A stretch of 63,840 nt of DNA, the filler included, from Octopus bimaculoides (taxonomy: Eukaryota): assembly GCF_001194135.2 (NCBI RefSeq). It is 7 parts of 6 records of this genome, joined end to end, with 100 filler letters (N's around TTAATTAATTAA, not from the genome) between each part and the next. Parts side by side here need not be neighbours in the genome. Positions count along the whole stretch, not along the records: positions 54,319 to 60,316 come from NC_068984.1; positions 60,417 to 63,840 come from NW_026395682.1; 5 more parts are not named here. One strand, given 5' to 3'. Position 1 is the first letter of the stretch, and each line of letters starts with the position of its first letter. Positions 54,890 through 63,840 of this stretch are shown here, piece by piece. The notes beneath the pieces are model-generated. The model was not told the origin of the DNA, did not search any database, and saw only the letters and a program-made list of their open reading frames with translations. Made by a program: the position numbers and the translations under genes.

Positions 54890-55385
54890 CATTTATTGGG
54901 AGTTACATGTTAGGATCTAAACAGGTTGAATCAAAATCCTTGGTACTCTGAGTTTCAAGCACGTGGTGAGTCTTCGGCCATTGGAGTCCGAATGAAGGTT
55001 CGATTGAAGAGAGTCAATGTTTATCACTGGACGTGACTTGCGATTGGTCGAGAAAGGTCACGCGGTATTGATGTTGGTATTTAGCGACAACAATTAGATA
55101 GAAAATACCGCACGATGAACGGGAATCGACCGCATGGTGGACAAGATATCGGTGGTGTGGCTGGGGGGAGGTAGGAAGGGGCGGTAGATGTTGGGGTGTA
55201 TATGTGTATATGTACATGTATATGCCCATATATCTGCATGTATACTTCAGTATTTATAGGAGTGTGTGTGTGTGTGTGTATGCTTAGATGTACATTCACA
55301 CATCTACCTGCGCGTGCACACACGCACGGATACACACACATACACACTCAGACATACACACACACATACATGCACACTCACTCAG

Positions 55386-55418
<33 letters not shown>

Positions 55419-56692
55419 CGAAGGCGCACTCACACACACGCGCGCACACATGTATACTCTCACACGCGCACACATACACACGCGTGTACACCTTTATCTC
55501 CATGTACACATGTACACGAGCACATGCACACTCATGCGCACACACGAGCATGCACGTGTACATGCATGCACACGGGCGTGTACATACATGCGTACGCCCA
55601 TGTTAATGGACGCGCATGCGCACAGATTATGTGCGCATGCATATGGTGAGCAGATGCATATGCGCACTCATGCACATGTTCACGCGCTCGCACATACACT
55701 CGTGTGGTCATGCACAAGGAGTGATGTACAAGGGGTGAGAGTATGCAGGTAGACAGCCCTGGGGAAGTGTTGGGGAGTGGTGATTTGCGGTGCTGTTCAT
55801 GGGGGTTAATTTGTTGCGGTAACCTTGGTGCAGGCGGTGCTAGGGGTGGCTGGTACCAGTCGGCGTCCAGTGGATTGAAATTTACCAGCAGGGTCTACTC
55901 TCTGGTGACAGCAATGCGATATCTCAAATTTCTTGTTGATGGATACTGCGGGTTGATAGATGATATGTGATTTTTCGTGGAGGCATAGCTGGAAACTAGG
56001 GGCGTCGGGTGAATATGGTGGCGCCCTGTCGATAATAGTCCACTTGATGCTGGGCATTTCGTCTCGAAGGTCACGAAGTCTCCAGAGAAAGTGCGACAGG
56101 GATGTAAATGAATGCAAGTGCTGGGTATATCTTTCCTTGAAGTTATTGGCGGTTATGCTCGTCTGTGCGCGCGCGTATGTGTGTGCTCGTGTGCACGTGT
56201 ACATGGAGATAAAAGTGTGTCCGTGTGTATGTGTGCGAGTGTGTGTATACGTGCGCGCGTGTGCCTTCATGTGTGTGTGTGTCTGTCTGTGTGTATGGTG
56301 TGTGTGTGTGTGTGTGTGTTTGTGCATGCGCGCGCGGCTATGTGAATGTACATCTAAGCATACATGCACATTCGTATAAATACTGATGTATACATGCAGA
56401 TATATGGGCATATACATGTACATATACACATCTACACCCCAATATCTACCGCCCCTTCCTACCTCCCCCCAGCCATACCAAGATATCTTGTCTACTATGC
56501 GGTCGATTTCCGTTCATCGCTAAATACCAACATCAATACCGCGTGACCTTTCTCGACCAATCGCAAGTCACGTCCAGTAATAAACATTGACTCTCTTCAA
56601 TCGAACCTTCATTCAGACTCCAATGGCCGAAGAATAGTCACGTTCTTGAAACTTAGAGTAACAAGGATTTTGAATCAAATTGTTTTGATCTA
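54890..56692 (-). mobile_element. Penelope-like element, 5'-truncated, with an inverted pseudo-LTR
   Basis: 55900-56156 encodes ITANNFKERYTQHLHSF-TSLSHFLWRL...IKWTIIDRAPPYSPDAPSFQLCLHEKSHIIY...INKKFEI, the C-terminal half of a PLE GIY-YIG endonuclease. Segments ~54905-55535 and ~56165-56692 are inverted copies of each other. Confidence 0.88.
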
Positions 56693-56819
56693 TGTTTATC
56701 AATGGCCAAGCGTTAAAATGATAAAATAACAGTAATAAACGAGTGAAGGAAAAAAATATATAGTGCGTGTGTTTATTTGGCAAAAAAAGATAACATATCT
56801 TTATTATAGTTATACTGCC

Positions 56820-57225
56820 TTCTGCGCATGCGTACATATAATTGGTACTGTGGTGGTCACGTGATCGAATTTTGAGCCTGATCGCGCGCCATTTTTCTCT
56901 CTGGCTTTACAGTGTAAGCATGGCCACTCCATTAGCAATGTGCACCAAAGAAGAACAAAGAAGTGCAGTGATGCTTATTTCTCTGGTCGGAAGGTGTGTC
57001 AGGCGCTCAGATTCATCGGAGGCTTTTGGCACAATATGAGGAGACAGCGCTCTACCATGTAGAAGTCTGTAGGAGTGGATCAAGGATTTTAAAAGTGGCC
57101 GGACTAGCGTGACGCACGAAGAGGGAGCAGGACGCCCGTCAACTTTCACTATTGCGAGAAAATTCACCAAGTTCGAGAGATGGTAATGGTGAACCGGTCC
57201 ACTATTACCATTTCTCGGATCACTG
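56820..57225 (+). mobile_element. Mariner transposase 5' fragment (HTH region), frameshifted
   Basis: MATPLAMCTKEEQRSAV, frameshift, FLWSEGVSGAQIHRRLLAQYEETALPCRSL*EWIKDFKSGRTSVTHEEGAGRPST, frameshift, EKIHQVREMVMVNR. Confidence 0.92.
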
Positions 57226-57232
57226 CTCTTAC

Positions 57233-57264
<32 letters not shown>

Positions 57265-58104
57265 AAGTGCTCGGGCTGCTTTACCACTAAAACTCTGATT
57301 TTTACTGCAAATAAAACAAAAGTGGTGTTGTAGTTTCTAACAACGAATGGCTGTAAGTGGTTCATCATTGAGCGGCTAGATATATATTAGAAAGGAAGAA
57401 TGAACAAGCAAACCATGTGCTACACTTTAGAGCTTGTAGTTTAGAATTCAAACATAACTGCAGTTGTAAAAGTAAATAAGCGATTAAAAAGTAATTCACA
57501 AAGACTTTTGCGTCTGTTTCTAGAATAGCAGCGTTTATGGTGCAGAGATTATTCAGCAAAGATTTCTATATAAGCCAACTATATAAGAGAGGAAGAAATA
57601 AGGAATATCCTTAATAAAGTATAGTAGCAGGTACCAGTTCCATCGTCTCTCTACGAGGATGGGACTGGTAACTATAAATATCTTTCATTGAAGATAATCT
57701 TTATCTCTTCCTCTCTGAAGACGAAATGTTATATGGCTTTTATGAAAATCTTTGCAGAATATTCTATGCACCAAATACATTGCAATTCTAGAAATAGCTG
57801 TAAGAGACTTTATGCAGCATTTCTTAATAACTTATTTACTCTTACAACTCTGCGATTGTGTTTGAATACATATTTTGCATGTTCATTCTTTTTTTCTAAT
57901 ATATATGTATGTATTATGTATGTGTGTGCATTATATATATATNNNNNNNNNNNNNNNNNNNNNNNNNNNNNNNNNNNNNNNNNNNNNNNNNNNNNNNNNN
58001 NNNNNNNNNNNNNNNNNNNNNNNNNNNNNNNNNNNNNNNNNNNNNNNNNNNNNNNNNNNNNNNNNNNNNNNNNNNNNNNNNNNNNNNNNNNNNNNNNNNN
58101 NNNN

Positions 58105-58120
58105 GACGCTCTTCCGATCT
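58105..58120 (+). other. Illumina adapter remnant at a contig edge (artefact)
   Basis: GACGCTCTTCCGATCT directly after an N gap equals the 3' end of the TruSeq read-1 primer. Confidence 0.92.
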
Positions 58121-58652
58121 TGCATGTATGTATGTATGTATGTGTATGTGTGTATAAATATTTATATACTTTATTTGTGAGCTAACCAGGCAAAAATGGT
58201 TTCATCGTAAAAGATCTTCACAATTGTTCAAGCGTGCCACCTGGAAGTGTGCAACATAAACTGTAAATTCCCTGAACATGTCTAAACCTAATCGGACCAA
58301 GAATCTCAATGGAGAACGACCCAGTAACCATGAGGCTATAAGATACAAAAGGTTCGCCACGAAAAACAAATAAACAAATACCATCTATACACACGGATGT
58401 ACATACACATGCGCACACACACACGTGCGTGCACAAATACACACACACACAGATATATATATATGCGTGTGTATATGTGCACATTCATATATACCCATGC
58501 ACATACATATGCATATACATATAATCGACAACATAGATACATTGCATTTAGTCTCGGTTGGTTTAAACACCAAAAGTTCTCAACAAACGTCCGTGTAAAT
58601 TATGGAGCCCAGTGAGAGAAAAACAATGGAGAGAGAAAAGCAATGGAGAGAG

Positions 58653-58768
58653 AAAAACCCAACGTTTCGTATAACGTCCTTCTTCAAGGAAGAGTTGACA
58701 GAAGAGAAATTCATTTGAGTCCTGTTAACTTTTCCATGATGAAAGACTCTATCCGAAACGTTGGTTTT
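58653..58768. ncRNA. Inverted pair of degenerate minimal hammerhead motifs
   Basis: Minus 58655-58692: ttcc UUGAAGA a GGAcgttaUAC GAAACGUU gg. Plus 58731-58765: ttcc AUGAUGA a AGActctaUCC GAAACGUU gg. Confidence 0.55.
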
Positions 58769-60416
58769 CCACTTTACACAGCAACTTCATTATACTGTAC
58801 TTATACTTTCACTTTCTACGTGTATATACGCGTATACACAGGCACAAACAGTGGGAGGGAGAGACAGACGTTGTATTAATTGAGAAGTTTTAATGTCAGT
58901 ATAGCAGAGAAAACATGAAATGAAAGGCTCTCGGCTGCACAAGCTCAGAACAATTGTCACATGAAGAAAACACTTGAGAAAATAAAGAACCATCAGAAGA
59001 TTTTGGTGAAATATTGAAGAACAACTGAAATGGAAGTAATCGAAGAAGTGGGTGGAGTAGGGTAGGAGTTATTGATGTATACAATGGTAAGTGTATGTAT
59101 ATATATGCCAGAAGGTATGTGTGGATACATATATACGTGTGTATGTGTGTGTGTGTGTGTGTGTGTGAGTATGTGTGTGTATGTGTATAATATATATATT
59201 CACATAAACATAAGTGCGTGTGTGTTTGTCTGTCTGTGTGTGTCTCTCTCTTTTTTTGATTCCCTATTTCCCCCCCCCTCTCTTCCTCTTTTCCTGATTC
59301 TCTCTCTCTCTCTCTCTCGCTCTCTCCTTACGTTTTCGCATAAACATCACTGTTTGAACATGTGTAGACATGTAATTGCATTTTATAGAAACCTTTTCAT
59401 TGTAATTATCTATATTCATAAACATGGCAACTTACTACCATTGTTGCTGTTGTTGGTGGTGGTGGTGGTAGTGGTGGTGGTTATGTTGCCGCTGTAGTCG
59501 TGGTTAACGCTACCATTCTTAATTATCGTTTTATGTCTCTAAGTCTCGGAGGTGTTTAGCTAAGAAACACTGATACAGAACAAACAGCTCCGGACCGCCA
59601 CCGCTCCTCCCCTCGCCCCCGTCACCAGCATGGAACCAGTCAACCGTGGCGATGACAATTCTAGCATGGCGTGTCTCCATGCAATCAGCGAGAACTGAAT
59701 TTCCACTTGTGCCGGAACGATATTAACCAATTACAGTGGAGAATATGATGGTAAGTGTAGATGGAAACCAGACGAGACGAACCGACAACAACAACAACAA
59801 CAACGAACTCCATTAAGGGATGCAGCTGAAATTTGCTTCTGCTCCCTTCGCGTTTCTATCAAGGGGGCTGAAACATAAAGACGTTTCTGGACCTTAAAAT
59901 TCTTTCAACGTCGTCTTCTTTCTTTTTCTCCTTTGTTTCTTTTAAACGCTTTTTACACTTTTCCATACTTTATCAGCGTTTTCTCAAGAGTGATGGATTC
60001 GCGGGGATGTGTGTATGGATGGATGTATGTATGTATGTATGTATGGATGTATGGATGTATGGATGTATGTATGTATATTTCTCTCACTCTCTTACTCTCT
60101 CAGATAACTAGATAAATCTACCTATTTATTGAACTGTCGTCGAGTAATCTGTCTGTCTATTACACACGCATATACATACATACATACATGCATACATGCA
60201 TACATACATACATACATACATACATACATACATACATACTTATATATTTGTGTGTGTAGTCGTGTTTGTGCGTCTGTCTGTCTGTCTGTCTGTCTCTCCC
60301 CCTCCCCTCCCCCTCCNNNNNNNNNNNNNNNNNNNNNNNNNNNNNNNNNNNNNNNNNNNNTTAATTAATTAANNNNNNNNNNNNNNNNNNNNNNNNNNNN
60401 NNNNNNNNNNNNNNNN

Positions 60417-62235
<1,819 letters not shown>

Positions 62236-62671
62236 TCTGTGTGTATCCCAATCTGCATCTCACCCCATATCAATGTAGGTCACCAATTACGCGAAATCAA
62301 ATTCAGATTTCTCCAACAGAATATAGAAATAATAGAATAAAACTTTAAAAACAACAACAACAACAACAACAACAAAAACATGGTAAATAAATAAATAAAC
62401 AAATCTATTTATTTATTTACGGCAACAGTTACAACAGCCACCACCACCGCCACCGCCACCACCACAGAACAACAACAGCAGTAATATCATTACCGTCACC
62501 ACCACCACCATCACCACAACAACAACAACAACAACAACAGCAGCATCAGAAACAAACAAATAAAACCCGAATATTTTGCAGAGTTGTTTGGGGACCAATC
62601 AGATGGAGGCATTGAGGGCTGAAGGATATTAAGGGCACGGTTTATCATTTCACATACATACATACATACGT

Positions 62672-62754
<83 letters not shown>

Positions 62755-62757
62755 ATG

Positions 62758-62945
62758 GGAGAATTTACGAAAAAAACAACAGACTAAGACAGGTGGTGTA
62801 AACAACAAATGGATGTATTAGTTTAACGCTCGGGAATAGAGAAAGCCTTTGACGTTTCGAGCCTACGCCCTTCAACTGAAAGGAACACAGAAAGAAATAA
62901 GGAGAGAAAATATAAATGTAGTGATCAGCGATCTATCACATATAT
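62758..62945 (-). mobile_element. Dispersed repeat, probably Penelope pLTR-derived, carrying a hammerhead variant at 62847-62882
   Basis: Minus strand: CUUU CAGUUGA A GGGC guag GCUC GAAA CGUC AAAG. Confidence 0.55.
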
Positions 62946-63669
62946 TCTATTATTCTTTTAATTGCTTCAGTCTTTCACTGCGGCCATGCTGGAGCACCGC
63001 CATTTGTCGATTACCAGTGCGAACATGCTTGATACACGTTCGAACTGGGAATCAAGCTACTCCCTGTTCGAACGTGCATCAAACAGATTCGGATTCATAA
63101 CAACATTACATTTTCATTTCCTTTATCACTCACTGTTTAGCGCTCCGCCTCCGTAATTATCAATGATGACCGCTGTTTGTCAGACTCGCTTTCCCGCAGC
63201 TCATCTTTTTGACTGAGCTGCCGTCTTGTATGAAGCGTTCACCGAGTCAGAGCGCTCGGCACTTGCTGTCGTCAGAGACCCACAGTCGGTGCTATCGGCG
63301 GATGTCCTACTTTGGCGTTCTCTAGAGGTTTTGCGATAGGAAACAGCAATGGCATTCTCGCACGGACTCTGAACGTTGTTGAGAATCAACAGGCTGGTCT
63401 GTTTCGGAGGAGTTTCTAGCCGGGGTCCATAGATAACTTCTAGAAATCTCAGGCCTGGCAATGTTACCGGGCGTCATTGCCGGTTCGTGATAAAATCTAC
63501 AGGTATAGATATGCTGTCAGTCTGGCCGACCCGAGATGTGTGCTGAGCTATAGAACTTTCTGTCCAGCGTCCAAGTATTGCCAACTTGTGCGTTTACATT
63601 TCTGGAAAGTTTGCCGCAAACTTTTTGCCGAGGAAAATTCGCCCAGGATTCTTGGCTATAGGCTCAGGA

Positions 63670-63825
63670 GTCGCTCTGTGATAAGAAGCTTGCTTACCAG
63701 CCACATGGTTACGGGTTCAGTCCCGCTGCGTGACACCTTGGGCAAGTGTCTTCTGCTATAGCCTCGGGCCAACCAAAGCCTTGTGAGTGGATTTGATAGA
63801 CGGAAACTGAAAGAAGCTCGCAGTA
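63670..63825 (+). mobile_element. tRNA-derived SINE
   Basis: B-box-like GGTTCAGTCCC, then gacaccttgggcaagtgtcttctgc...gaaactgaaagaagc and a (TA)n tail; matches 6535-6715. Confidence 0.85.
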
Positions 63826-63840
63826 TATATATATATATAT

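Noticed and set aside
58105-58120. Unique CpG-containing 16-mer at a contig start
   Set aside because: It is an Illumina adapter sequence, not genomic.

Overview
This is repeat-saturated animal genomic DNA from a gapped draft assembly. An octopod cephalopod is my inference, from the extreme microsatellite density and the look of the SINE, RTE and Penelope repeat families. I can support no intact host protein-coding gene, rRNA, true tRNA or CRISPR array; almost all ORFs in the supplied track are microsatellite or N-gap artefacts. Supported content: many tRNA-derived SINEs, RTE LINE fragments, one Tc1 and two mariner transposase relics, a hAT MITE with its target-site duplication (TSD), a Helitron Rep N-terminal relic, a ~5 kb (AACG)n satellite and several tandem arrays. 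The most notable element is a Penelope-like element (GIY-YIG C-terminus) with a long inverted pseudo-LTR. The best lead is a set of six minimal type I hammerhead-ribozyme-like motifs in four different sequence contexts, all with the palindromic helix III typical of Penelope-associated hammerheads and all carrying apparent defects. Weaker leads are chains of candidate minus-strand exons (one loosely PLAC8/cornifelin-like but partly SINE-derived), a pre-miRNA-like hairpin, and closely spaced inverted SINE pairs. Assembly artefacts (stop-codon gap linkers, an Illumina adapter remnant) are also present. All alignments and folds were done by eye; most boundaries are approximate to tens of bases.
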